Source of the DNA: an uncultured delta proteobacterium
Lineage (GTDB): Bacteria > Myxococcota_A > Polyangia > Polyangiales > Polyangiaceae
Direction: 5' to 3'
NCBI GenBank assembly: GCA_963850305.1
Contig: CAWKKR010000001.1
Coordinates: forward strand, 704,001 to 768,000
Length of the DNA stretch: 64,000 bases
Both the position numbers and the translations under genes were made by a program. Shown here piece by piece: positions 11,750 to 22,641 of this stretch. The notes beneath the pieces were generated by a model, which saw nothing but the letters and a program-made list of their open reading frames with translations, was not told the DNA's origin and did not search any database. How positions within the stretch are numbered: the stretch's first letter is position 1; each line of letters begins with the position of its first letter.

Positions 11750-12388
11750 CGCCGAACTCGACAAGCACAAGAACGCGGGGACGACGAAGGGGCTGAGGGA
11801 GAGAGCCCGCTCCAGAGTCAAATGGCTCGGCGACGTGCAGGACGGCAAGGTCACTTTGCGGTTCGCCGTGGAGTTCGGGGATCGAGTCCCCGATGACGTC
11901 TTCCTCGACCACGGACTCGACAAGGATCACCCAGATGACCGTCACATCGCCGGGATGCTCGCCCACGGCGATGGTTCAGCGGTTCGACAGAATCATCACC
12001 GCCGACATCGGCATGAAGACTCGGGTCCGAGGCAGGAAGCTTACTTGCGAAAGCCCCGATGACTCCAATCGACTCCCCGACGAGGTAATCCCGAAGTCGC
12101 CCAGCTAAAGAAGGAGAAGGCCGAACTCCTTCGGCAGGTAAACCGACGGCCGGACCTGAAGCTGACGTTCGAGGACGGGGCGAAGGTTCTCCACCACCCA
12201 ATCAAGCTCCCGGTGGAGGCAACCGAGAGGTACCTCCAGAAGGAGCTACTGGAGTACGAGCGAAAGAAGATTCATCCGATCGAGGCCCTCGAAGTCATCA
12301 ACGTGACCACGGGGAAGCCCCTCCGGGTCGAGGGGAACGCCAAGGACGCAGCGACGTACCTCGACGACTACAAGAAGTACCTTGCAGA
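11750..12388 (+). pseudogene. PIN-domain protein fragment, truncated by the IS66 end
   Basis: ELDKHK...LRERAR...DDRHIA...TADIGMKTR PIN-like acidic motifs; frameshifted; reading ends at the GTAA of the IS66 end. Confidence 0.5.
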
Positions 12389-12490
12389 GTAACCCGTGCA
12401 CGAACGACGTAGGGCGCGGCGCTTGCGGAAAGCGCGGCGAGAATGCGTCGGGGGATGACGCGGAGGAAGCGAGCGTGGTTCGTTCTCGGG

Positions 12491-13012
12491 ATGAGACTTC
12501 CGCTCGAAGGGACGCTGCTCGAGAAGCTGCGCAAGATCGAGGCGCTGCATGCCGGGACGAAGATCGACGGCGAGCGAGAGGCGGCGCGTCGGGCAGCAGA
12601 GCGGATTCGTGCGCGTCTGGCGGAGCTTCGGGGTCGAGAGCGAGACGAGGTGTTCCGGTATTCGCTGCCGGATCCGTGGAAGCGGAAGCTGTTCGTGGCG
12701 CTGTGCCGCCGGTACGGCCTGAAGCCGTATCGCGAGCCCGGGCGGCGATACAGCACGGTGCTGTTGCGGGCGCCGAAGACGTTTCACGAGCGCACGCTGT
12801 GGCCGGAGTTTCTCGCGCTCTCGGAGGAGCTCGACGCACACCTGCAGGAGCTGACGGACCGAGTGATCCGCGAAGCGATCGACGAGGACGTGAGCGAGGC
12901 CTCGGACGCGGAGCCACCGAAGGCGCTGACGGAGCGGCAAAGGACGGCGGATCAGCCGGCGAGTGCGGTCGGGGCGGAGAACACGGGCAGCGACGAGCAT
13001 TCGCCGACGTAG
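12491..13012 (+). CDS. hypothetical passenger protein inside IS66 (DUF2786-like N-terminus)
   Basis: LLEKLRKIEALHAG...GEREAARRAAERI; convergent with tnpC; 3' end also present in the second IS66 remnant. Confidence 0.6.
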   Translation: MRLPLEGTLLEKLRKIEALHAGTKIDGEREAARRAAERIRARLAELRGRERDEVFRYSLPDPWKRKLFVALCRRYGLKPYREPGRRYSTVLLRAPKTFHERTLWPEFLALSEELDAHLQELTDRVIREAIDEDVSEASDAEPPKALTERQRTADQPASAVGAENTGSDEHSPT

Positions 13013-14553
13013 AGCTCGGGATGAGCGGCAAGCATGCGATCGGGCAAGAGCTCGCGGAGCTTGCTGTTCGGCCAGCCCTGCACGATGAGCTTGCGTCACG
13101 AGATGGAGGTAGGCGCGCGGGTTGACGTCGTGCGCGATGCAGGTGCGCGACGATGCTGAGGATCGCTGCCGTGCGCTCGCCGCCGTCGTCGAGCCAGGTG
13201 AAGAGCCAGTTTTTTCTTCCGAGGACGAGCCTGCGCAACTCACGCTCTCGGCGATTGTTGGTGAGCTCGATGTTGCCGTCCTCGAGGAACAGCATGAGGC
13301 GCTTCCATTGCCGGTGCAGGTAGCCGAGAGCGCGTACCGAGAGGCGTCTTCGGTGGGATGAACCCACGGTGCTCGTCGAGCCAGGCTCGCAGCTTGTCGA
13401 TGATGGGCATGCTGTGCTCGCGTGCGCCGAGCGAGTCGCTGGTCGGCGGTGTCGCCGGCGAGTGTCGAAGCCGCTCGACCTCGAACAGAGGGGCGATGAG
13501 GCGGAGCGCTTCGAGCGCGAGCTTGTCGCCGCCGCGCGCCGCCTCGACGAAGCGTCGTCGGGCGTGGCTCATGCAGCCCGGGCGCTTGCCGCCGGCGCGC
13601 TCGATGCAGTTGGTGACGCTCGTGCCGTCGCACTGAACGGTGCGGCGACAGGTCGCCGAGGAAATCGCGCACGCTCTGGGCGTCTCCGTGCGCCGAGTAG
13701 AAGAAGCTGACCCATCGCGCGTTGGTCCAGCACCACATGGCTCCGAAGCGGATCCCCTCGGCGACGCTCGGATCGAGCACGGGAATGCCGGTCGCGTCCG
13801 TGCCGAGGTAGCCCGGGGCGCGAGTCTGCTCCGCGATGAGGGCCGCCACGGGCATCGAGCAGATCGATGTGAGCGTCGACGCTGCGTCCGAGCGTTTGCG
13901 GCGCGATCTCGACGCCGTCGCGGCTCGAAGCGCGTGCACTGTCGCTCGATGGGCTGGTGCTCGATGTACTTGTCGCAGGTCGCCTCGACGATGAGGGTAT
14001 CGCCGAGCTTTCCGCGCTCGACGATCGCGGGTGGCGGCAGGGCGGAGACGATCGTGTCGTCGGTCGGGACACGCGACGGTTTCGTCGAGGCGGTGCTCGA
14101 TGAAGATCCGTGCCGGGAGAACGTTGATGGTCTCGCACACCGAGTGCGCGATCGTCTTCATTTCCTTGCCGCACGACGGACAGATCCGCAGCGATGGCCG
14201 GGACGGAGATTCTGCACTTCGACGCGCGGGATGTGGGCGGGGAACGCGCCTCGGCCCCCACCGCCGTGGCGTCGCTTCTTTTCTCGATTGCGTGCTCCGC
14301 GCCGCCGGCAGCGGCTGGCTTTGCACCGGGCGCGACCAGCCCCATCAAAGGCAGCACGAGCTGGCGCTCGAGGCGCTCGAGGGTCTCCGAGCGCGGGCGC
14401 TTGCGGGTAAGATGCGCGACGCGCTTGGTCAGCTCCGAGATTGATGTCGCGCATGCGCGCGATGAGCGACGATGACGGCGACGACGAGCTCGACGAACTT
14501 CATCGCAGCCACCATCTTCTCGAGCCACGCACGAAGGTGCTCGACGTCGGGTG
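12952..14553 (-). CDS. tnpC: IS66 transposase TnpC, multiply frameshifted, start disrupted
   Basis: CPSCGKEM Zn finger, DATGIPVL, HARRRF, NNRRERELRRLVLGRKNWLF, DVNPRAYL. Confidence 0.85.
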
Positions 14554-14675
14554 TGGAGACGATCTTCGAAAAGCGCGGCGTTTCGATCGCGGGAACGGGG
14601 ATCGGGTGGTCGTGATGGAAGACGACGGCCCGAGGTCGTCGTGAGCGACCCCGGGCCGACGGTGTAGGGTCGTGC

Positions 14676-15536
14676 TCAGGCGGTCTGTTGCGAGGACTCG
14701 ACGGTGCGATCGGAGCGGCGGGACTTGCCGGTGATGTGGACGAGGAGGCCGCGGTGGACGAGGCGATCGGCGATGGCGGAGGCGGCGGCAGCGTTGTGGA
14801 AGAGCTTGCCCCAATCCTTGAAGGGCAGGTTGGTGGTGACGATGGTGGCGGCGCGCTGGTAGCGGCGGTTGAAGACCTGGTAGAGGAGGTCGGCGCCGCG
14901 AGCGTCGAAGGTAAGGTAGCCGAGCTCGTCGACGAGGAGGAGATCGTAGGCGGCCCAGGCGGCGAGCCGCCGGCTGCAGCGTGTTCCGCGCCTGGGCGGC
15001 GACGAGGTCGTTGACGAGGTCGGCGGCGGTGATGAAGCGGACGCGGTAGCCACGGAGGCAGGCGAGCTGTCCGATGCGCGTTGGCGAGGTGGGTCTTGCC
15101 GACGCCGGAGGGGCCGACGAAGACGACGTTGGCCTTCTCGCGGACGAAGTCGAGGGTGGCGGCGCGCATGACGAGATCGCGATCGATGCGGTCGGGGTAG
15201 TCGAAGTCGTAAGCTGTCGAGGGTGGCGAGCGGAAAGATCCGGAGCGCTTGAGGGCGGCGCGGGCGCGGTACTCGAGCTGGACGCGGAGCTCCTCGCGCA
15301 TCAGGTGGTCGAGGAGCGAGATGGGGCGACTCGTTGCGCGCGATGGTCTTCTCGAGCGACGGCGTCGAGCTCGCGGCGGCGTGATCGAGGCCGAGAGCGC
15401 GCAGGACGTCGTGGAGCGAGAACGTCGCCGAGTGTCTCAGGCGTCGGCCGGATCGGCTCCGTCGGCGAGTCCTCCGTCGTCGGTGGTACCGGAAGCGGGC
15501 GGATTTCGAATTCTTCGGGCTCTTGGAAGAGGGCAT
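14676..15536 (-). CDS. istB: IS21 helper ATPase IstB, frameshifted
   Basis: [11 protein letters not shown]alker [10 protein letters not shown] Walker [10 protein letters not shown]...ADRLVH; start approximate. Confidence 0.88.
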   Translation of the reverse strand: MPSSKSPKNSKSARFRYHRRRRTRRRSRSGRRLRHSATFSLHDVLRALGLDHAAASSTPSLEKTIARNESPHLAPRPPDARGAPRPARVPRPRRPQALRIFPLATLDSLRLRLPRPHRSRSRHARRHPRLRPREGQRRLRRPLRRRQDPPRQRASDSSPASVATASASSPPPTSSTTSSPPRRGTRCSRRLAAWAAYDLLLVDELGYLTFDARGADLLYQVFNRRYQRAATIVTTNLPFKDWGKLFHNAAAASAIADRLVHRGLLVHITGKSRRSDRTVESSQQTA

Positions 15537-17003
15537 CGTAGGTCTCCAGATATGTGGGTCGACGTCGAGGCGTCGGCGGAAGCGTTGCCGGTGACGATGG
15601 GCTCCGGGGGCTCGCCGAGGCCGCGAGCGAAGCGGCTCTGGTCGACAGGGCGCGGACGTAGCGAGCGCCGAAGGTGCGGGCGGCGAGGGCACGCGCCATG
15701 CGCGGCGCCGACTCGGGCTCGCCGTAGAGGACGACGAGGCGGTCGAGCTTGTCGGATTTCGTGTTCGAGAGGTGGATGCGGCGGCGCGCGACTTCCTGGA
15801 GGTAGAGCCGGGCCTCGGTCGAGAGGCTCGCGAGGCGGTCCGTCCGTTTCGGGCCACGAGCGCCCGGCCGCTTGCTTCACGAGAGCGTCGATGTGCGCGG
15901 GATCCTCGATGGCGCGGCGGCGATCCCAGCAGCGGACATGCTCGGCGATGACAGCGTCGTCGGCGACGACGCGCACGCGAGATGTCGTCGGCTCGCACGA
16001 AGACGCTCCGTCCGACGAAGCGTGTGCGGGACGGAGTAGGCTGTTGGTGTCGAGGCGAACGCGGGCTTCTTGCGAGACGATGACGGGGACGACGAGGTCG
16101 GTGTCGGGCATGCGCTCGGGCAGCTGGCGGCAGGCGCGGCGCGCTCGACGCGGAGGCGATCGGCGGGGCGCTCGCGAGTGGTGGCGTGGAGGCGCTGATT
16201 GGCGACCTCGTCGCGCCAGCTGCGCGCCTGCGTGCGAAGGTCGTCGAGGGACGAGAAGGAGCGGCCGTAGAAGAAGGAGTGGCGGATGTACTTGATGATG
16301 GCTTCGACGCGGCCCTTGGCCTCCGGGTAGCGGACGGGGGCGGCGATGGGCTCGAAGAGGTAGTGCCCGGCGAAGCGCGAGGAAGCGTGGGATTGAACTG
16401 CACCGTGGAGCCGATGTGATGCAGGACGACGCTCTTGAGATTGTCGTAGAGGACCTTGCGCGGAACGCCGCCGAAGAACTCGAAGGCGCGCGCGGTGCAT
16501 GCGGCAGGAAGGTCTCCATCCGCTGGTCGAGGGAGAAGTCGAGGAAGAGGGCGCGCGACCACGAAAGCACCATCACGAAGACGCTGAGCGGGCGCTGCGT
16601 CGTGCCGATGCGCATGTGGCCGAACGAGCCCCAGTCGACCTGCGCTTGCTCGCCGGGCTCGACCTCGACGCGCAGGTAGGCCTTTCGCTTTCGAGGCCCG
16701 CGCAGCTGGGCGATGTACCGGCGGAGCACGGCGATGCCGTGCTGGAAGCCGCGCTCGCGAAGCTCGCCGAGGAGGCGCATGGCGGTGAGCTCGGGTAGTT
16801 CGTCGAGCCGCTCGACGAGGTACGGCTTGAACGGATCGACGACGCTCGCTTGCCGGAATCCTGCGCCGACTCGGCGACGTCGAAGACGCGCGGCGAACGA
16901 CGGAGTGGTGGACGCCGAAGCGGCGCGCGACGGTGCTCGATCGCGCCAGTGCTCGCCGAGCACGAGGCGGCGCATCTCGGCGCGGGTGCCCGCGTCGAAT
17001 CAT
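15437..17003 (-). CDS. istA: IS21 transposase IstA, frameshifted
   Basis: [39 protein letters not shown]. Confidence 0.88.
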
Positions 17004-17389
17004 CGCTGCCCCGTCGCCGTGAACGTGACCAGCCGCCTTCCCGATCCGAAATCGCCCAGCGGGTCGAGGAAGCGCCGCCGGCGAACGAGCTCGCGCGCCT
17101 CGGGGCGCGTCGCCCAGATCACCGAGACCTCGAAGCTACGTAGATCACCGACGAGGAGGGCCCAACGCTCGGGGTGCTGGCGGACGTCCGAGGCGTCCGC
17201 ATCGAGCACAGCGTGCAAGGGCAGCGCGTACCAAGTGGAGAGCGCCTCCAGGAGCGCCGGCACCGCCCTCTCCGACGCCGGCGGGCACGGCAAGATCGCC
17301 TTGAGCGTCGTGCCGTCTCGCGGCGCGGTGAGCATGATCCGAACCTCCGAACCTACCGGCTCGAGCGACATCCACAGCGGTGACCGCAT
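17000..17389 (-). CDS. hypothetical protein inside the IS21 element, coupled to istA
   Basis: Clean ORF (LKAILP...ALLEALSTW...LHAVLDAD) with ATGA overlap into istA. Confidence 0.6.
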   Translation of the reverse strand: MRSPLWMSLEPVGSEVRIMLTAPRDGTTLKAILPCPPASERAVPALLEALSTWYALPLHAVLDADASDVRQHPERWALLVGDLRSFEVSVIWATRPEARELVRRRRFLDPLGDFGSGRRLVTFTATGQR

Positions 17390-17711
17390 AGACGAAGACC
17401 TCCACGCGGACTCGCGGCACGGGAGCGACCGCGGTCTGCACACCAGCAATTACCGGCGGCGACGGATCCCCGGAATGGTGTTGCGTCACGCGGTGCCGAG
17501 ATCGAAGGCGAGCGCGGTACGCACGCTGTCGGTCACGGTGATCCAGACGGCCCTCATCGCTGGCCTGGTGCGCTCGCCCCGCGACGCGAACCGCGGCTCG
17601 CCGCGCCTCGCTCGAACAGCGAGGTGAGCAATACCGGAAGCGACGATCGCAGGAACGGCAAAGCAAAAATTCTCCCTGACAGCGCGGGCAGCGCTTCGCG
17701 CGAAGCTCCAC
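17145..17711 (-). CDS. Cys-rich putative Zn-binding protein inside the IS21 element; 3' extent uncertain
   Basis: CPRC...CRSCDRRFRYCSPRC followed by Arg-rich GRLDHRDRQRAYRAR. Confidence 0.55.
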   Translation of the reverse strand: MELRAKRCPRCQGEFLLCRSCDRRFRYCSPRCSSEARRAAVRVAGRAHQASDEGRLDHRDRQRAYRARLRSRHRVTQHHSGDPSPPVIAGVQTAVAPVPRVRVEVFVYAVTAVDVARAGRFGGSDHAHRAARRHDAQGDLAVPAGVGEGGAGAPGGALHLVRAALARCARCGRLGRPPAPRALGPPRR

Positions 17712-17961
17712 GAGCGACGTGAATCGCCCCGGGAAATTGGACGTCCGACGCGACCCCGTGCGATGGGACGCACAGACTCTCGGACGACTTGGCGGTCGTC
17801 CTCGACGGCTCGGAGTGCGATTCCGGGCCGTCGCCTTTTCAGGGCGATCCTACGTCGCTACGATGCCATCCTCAGCTCGGCCAAAATTCCTGCGGCCGGA
17901 GGCTGCGGATCCCGACCAGCCCGCGCGATCGAAACGCCGCGCTTTTGGCAGATCGCTTCCA

Positions 17962-19349
17962 GTGCAGGTGCCACCGGCGTCGCACGTCTCCGCGCCGTTG
18001 CACGCATTGCCGTCCGAGCAGGACGTCCCCGCCGAAGCCGGCGTGTGATGCACTCCGGTGGCGGGGTCGCAGGTGTCGACGGTGCAGGGGTTCCCGTCGT
18101 CGACCGGAGGTGGCGTCCCGGCAGCGCAGGTACCATCGCCGTTGCAGGCCTCGCTGCCGTTACAGTCGTTTCCGTCCGAACACGACGTTCCTACCGAGGC
18201 CGGTACGTGGCTCACGCCGGTCGCCGGGCTGCAGGCATCGACGGTGCACGGGTTGCCATCGTCCACCGCGACCGCAGTGCCGCCGCAACTGCCCGTAGTG
18301 CAGACGTCACCGCTGGTGCAGGCGTTCCCATCGTTGCACGCCGTCCCGTTCGCCACGGCGACGTGCGTGATCCCGGTAGCGACATCACATGCGTCCACCG
18401 TGCACGGATTGCCGTCGTCCACGGGCGGTGCCGGGCCGGCAGCGCAGGCGCCGCTGCCGTCGCAGGTCTCGTTACCGTTGCAGGCGTTCCCGTCCGAGCA
18501 TGCAGTGCCTGCCGGCGCCGCCGGGTTCGAGCAAAGCTCCGTTGCGACATCACATGACCCGACCAGATGACAGGCGTCCGCCGCCGTACACACGATGCCC
18601 TGACACGACGATCCCAGGGTTGGCGTGACGGTTCCGCTGAGGGAGCCCGTGTAGTCGGAGCCTCCCCCTCCCCGCGCGCCCCCCGTGACGTAGGTCTTGA
18701 ACGCCTCGGACGTGCCGGCGTGATCCGAGTTCTGGTACGCGCTCACGTGGTTGTCGTCCACGGGCTTCACTCCGAGCGCGGTGTAGTCGATGCTGAACTG
18801 CGTGTAGACCGCGGCCGCCCAGAGCCAGTTCACGCTGACGCCGGCGGTGTCGCTCTGAAAGCTGCCGAGCCAGGTGACCGGATTGATGCCGCCGGGCAAG
18901 TTGACTGGGACCGAGTAGCTGAGCGCCGTGAGAAACACGTTACCCGAGAAATTCTTCGGCACGACCGTCACCCACTGGCCGAGCGTCGTGTCGAATTGGG
19001 TCGTCGCCGTCGTCGCAGCTGGATCGATCGTGATCTCCGCCGCGGGCACCGGGAGGTCGTAGCTCGCTCCATCGGCAGAGAACTGGATGTGCGAACCGTT
19101 GAAAAAGAGGTGGACCGGCGAAGAGCCGACGCCGTTCACTTTCACGACGCTCGTGAACCAGATGTGGCGTCCCGACGAGATCGCCGTCCCGTTGAAGTTG
19201 GACGCATTCGTCGAGACGGGCGGGGCGGTCACCGCCTGCGCGATCGTCCCCGCCCGCATGCCCGGCGCTGGTGCCGCGCGCTTGCCGCAGCCGATCGCCG
19301 CCAGTGCACACGCCGCAATCGTGATCCCAAGCTTCGCACCCGAGGGCAT
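17962..19349 (-). CDS. secreted Cys-rich repeat lipoprotein, 3'-truncated by IS21
   Basis: Lipobox-like AAIGC; beta-rich domain; repeated DDGNPCTVDAC...CSDGNACNG units. Confidence 0.75.
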
Positions 19350-20116
19350 TCTCAAGTCTCCTCACGGCGCTCCAGCGCCCCCGCGCAACCACGACGCGAC
19401 GAAGGCGACGCCTCCGCACGGCTCTCCCGTCCGACCGCAAGAGTTACACGATCCCCGGCCCGCTAGTCCAGACTGAACGCGCGCTGCTGCCGAGCGCCGT
19501 GGAGGGACACGCGCGCAGAATACGTCCACCCCTGTGGACGGAAGTTGATGGTTCGCTCGACGACGGGCGCAGGCGTCGATCTACCCATTTCCGGGCATCG
19601 CCAGGTCATTTCCGACCGGCGTCGCGATCACGACGAAGCCCGCTCATCGCTGGCGAGTACCTGATTTGGTACTCGCAGGGGCCAGTTCCGTGCCTGCACG
19701 CCCTTGCGTCTTCCCTTCACACCCCCGGCGTGAAGGCGCCCTCCGTCCTCAGGGTGTGCCAGTGAGCAGGCCACTGGGTGGTTCACGATGTTTGAAGAGC
19801 ACGCCGGGGTTCCCTTCGACACGAAAGGTGCCTGGCGCCGCTGTCACCGTCACAGGCATCGACCTCCGCGACGGCGGCCGAATTGTCGCCGGGGCCAAGA
19901 GAGGCAAACCAGCCCCCGCCGTCGACCCGCCGCTCCCCGCCGTCTCAGCGACCGCCCCGGGCCGTCAGGGACGGGGATTTTCGGTACATTCTGGTGTCGA
20001 CGCAACCGCCGGTAGCACGACGTCCCGAAGTTGTGGCAGTGACGCTGCCGCCCCGTAGCACGACGTCCCGGGTCGGCCCAAGTCCCCCTATAGATATAGA
20101 GTAGAGCTTGGAGAGC

Positions 20117-20540
20117 ATGATCGAATCCGAGCGCGCGCTTTCGCGGTGTTCCGCGCACGGGCTCAACCACGACCCGCGCGTCGCGGCGGGGTGCGTCCTT
20201 TGCCAGCGCGAGCGACGCTCGAAGGCGGCGCCGAACGCGAGTGGGCGCACGTGCAGTGCGGTGGCGCTCGTCGCAGTGCTCGCTGTCATCTTCGGGGGGA
20301 CGTGGTTCGCTTACTCGAAGGGGATCTGGGGAAATGTCGACGCGCCGCGCGTTGCGACGGTCTTCGGTGCGGTATTGACGCCGACCGCCCCGCCGAGTGC
20401 CACCAGTGCGGCTCGGTTGCCCGCCTTCGGCGGCGAATTCACGGCGCGGAACGCTTCCGGAAGGTCCGGCTACTTCTTCGTCCCGGCGCGGGCAAGCACC
20501 GGGGCACTGCCGCGGATGGTGGTGCTACACGGCACCGGAG
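20117..20540 (+). pseudogene. membrane-anchored esterase-like N-terminal fragment
   Basis: TM segment then YFFVP...LPRMVVLHGTG, joined abruptly to a helicase fragment. Confidence 0.4.
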
Positions 20541-20925
20541 CCGCTCGACCGCATGCCCGGCTTCGACGCGATGCGGATGTTCTACGTCGCGCTCTCGCGC
20601 GCGCAGAACCTCCTCGTGCTCGCGCACCCGAAGGGCCAGGGGCAGAGGGTCGACGCCGAGTTCCACCAACTGCTTCGAACCGCCCCGCCCATCGCGGGCT
20701 TCGACGTGCGCAGCGTACCGAAGGCGAAGCAGGAGCCCGACGCCGCCGTGCGCCGCTTCAGTTACACGAGCGACTTCCTCGCGTACCAGCGCTGCCCGCG
20801 CCAGTACATGCTCTTTCGAGCGCTACGGGTTTGCGCCGAGCCGCACGCAGACGATGTTCTTCGGCAGCCTCGTTCACGCAATGCTCGAAGACCTGCATCA
20901 CCGGATGATCGCCGCGCGCAAGGCA

Positions 20926-22600
20926 GATCGCGGCGAAAAATTCGGAAGTGCGCGAAGACAAAGGGGGAAGTGGCGCGCGAGGATGGAAATAATTTGGACG
21001 AGGTCCGTGTTTCGTCGGGAGTCGGCCAAGACCACCGAAAAAACGAGGACCTCGATGCGCGAGAGAATACACCTTCAAGCCCGGCTCGTTCCAACCATCA
21101 TCGAGCATGCCCACGCCGAGGAATTGAAACGGATCAGCGGACTGCTCGACTGCATGCCTTTGGCGGCCGAGTTCGTGCATGCCGATCTCGTCCACCCGAA
21201 GACGAAGCGGCTCGGACGCAAGGGCATGCCGGCGGAACAGGTCTTGCGCGCCATGCTCGTCAAGCAGATGAATGGCTTCAGCTACGACCAACTCGCGTTC
21301 CACCTCGCCGACTCCAGCTGCTACCGGTGGTTCTGTCGCATGGGCATCGGCGACCGTCCACCGAAGAAGTCCACCCTGCAGAAGAGTATCAAGCGGGTGC
21401 GAGCGGAGACGTGGGCGGCAATCAACGACATGGTTATTCGGAGCGCTGTCGCGGCCGGCGTTGAGACCGGCGACAGGATCCGGACCGACTGCACTGCCAT
21501 CGAGTCGGATGTCCACGACCCGACCGATTCGACCCTGCTCTGGGACTCGGTGCGCGTACTGGCTCGGGGGATGGAGACGGCACGCGAGGAGTTCGGAATG
21601 TCGTTCAACGACCGACGGCGCCGCGCAAAGCGCCGAATGGTGGCCATTCTCACCGCGAAAAGAATGGAGCGAAGAATCCCGCTCTATCGAGACCTTTTGA
21701 AGGTGAGCGTGGAAACCGCGGAGCAGGCGAAGCGGATCGCTGAGCGTCTCGATGGCGTGAAGGCCACCGACATGATGCAGATGCTGCGCGCGACCGCCAT
21801 CGCCGCGGAGCTGCGCCACTATGGCGATCTCGCTTCGCGCGTGATCAACCAGACGAAACGTCGTGTGCTCGGCGGGGAATCAGTTCCTGCCTCGGACAAG
21901 ATCGTGTCGATCTTCGAGCCGCACACCGACATCATCGTCAAGGACAACCGAGGAGCGGTCTACGGGCACAAGGTCTGCCTCACGACGGGAGCATCGGGAC
22001 TGGTGACGACTGTCGTCGTCGAAAAAGGAAACCCCGCCGACGTGACGCTGGCGACGAAGATGGTGGAGAGCCACTGCGCGCTGTTCGGAAAACCCCCGCG
22101 TCAGGTGAGCTTCGACGGCGGCTTCGCGTCGCGCAGGAACCTGGCCGAGATCAAGGCGCTTGGCGTCAGGGACGTCGGCTTCAGCAAACCCTGCGGCATG
22201 CGCATCACCGAGATGGTCAAGTCGACGTCGGTCTTTCGAAACCTTCGACACTTCCGAGCCGGCATCGAAGCAGGAATATCCTTTCTCAAGCGCGCCTTCG
22301 GCCTCGACCGCTGCACCTGGAGCGGCTTCGCTTCGTTCCGCGCGTACGTCGGAGGCTCGGTGCTCGCCTGCAATCTGCTGATCCTCGCGCGCCACCTGAT
22401 CGCCGCCCCGACGTAGCTGTCGCATCGCTTCCGCGTCCCTGGCGACTCGCGCGCAGCGCGAAGGTGTGCGCGGTCGACCAGAAATTCAGCCCTTCCGTGT
22501 CCTAGTCGTCGACTTCCGCCCCTCGCCGCGCGCGAGCCTCGATCGCGCGCGCGGCCCACGCTAGGATCCGGCTTCACCGGCGGCATTTTTCGCCGCGATC
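20926..22600 (+). mobile_element. ISNCY-family IS (ISDol1-like), copy 1
   Basis: 16-bp perfect TIR GATCGCGGCGAAAAAT; flanks AAGGC-A and AAGGCTA (probable 7-bp TSD). Confidence 0.9.
21055..22416 (+). CDS. DDE transposase (ISNCY)
   Basis: RTDCTAIES...PTDSTLL, YGHK, DGGFAS, FRAGIEAGISFLKR. Confidence 0.9.
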   Translation: MRERIHLQARLVPTIIEHAHAEELKRISGLLDCMPLAAEFVHADLVHPKTKRLGRKGMPAEQVLRAMLVKQMNGFSYDQLAFHLADSSCYRWFCRMGIGDRPPKKSTLQKSIKRVRAETWAAINDMVIRSAVAAGVETGDRIRTDCTAIESDVHDPTDSTLLWDSVRVLARGMETAREEFGMSFNDRRRRAKRRMVAILTAKRMERRIPLYRDLLKVSVETAEQAKRIAERLDGVKATDMMQMLRATAIAAELRHYGDLASRVINQTKRRVLGGESVPASDKIVSIFEPHTDIIVKDNRGAVYGHKVCLTTGASGLVTTVVVEKGNPADVTLATKMVESHCALFGKPPRQVSFDGGFASRRNLAEIKALGVRDVGFSKPCGMRITEMVKSTSVFRNLRHFRAGIEAGISFLKRAFGLDRCTWSGFASFRAYVGGSVLACNLLILARHLIAAPT

Positions 22601-22641
22601 AAGGCTAAGAAAGATGCCGCGAAGCAGGCGGGGGGTGCGGC

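Larger units (their letters stand above)
12389..14553 (-). mobile_element. IS66-family element remnant (one end, passenger ORF and tnpC; tnpA/tnpB not seen)
   Basis: GTAACCCGTGCACG terminus at 12389 plus tnpC motifs. Confidence 0.75.
14554..17961 (-). mobile_element. IS21-family element (3.4 kb) with two extra ORFs
   Basis: 38-bp imperfect terminal inverted repeats at 14554-14591 and 17924-17961 (34/38 match, TG...CA ends); istA and istB inside. Confidence 0.8.

Noticed and set aside
19430..19447. Second IS66 terminus (reverse complement GTAACTCTTGC)
   Set aside because: Only 9/11 match to the 12389 end, and no 8-bp target duplication.
20146..21054. N-terminal extension making a 756-aa transposase
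   Set aside because: Read-through from flanking fragments across the TIR; copy 2 has a different extension.
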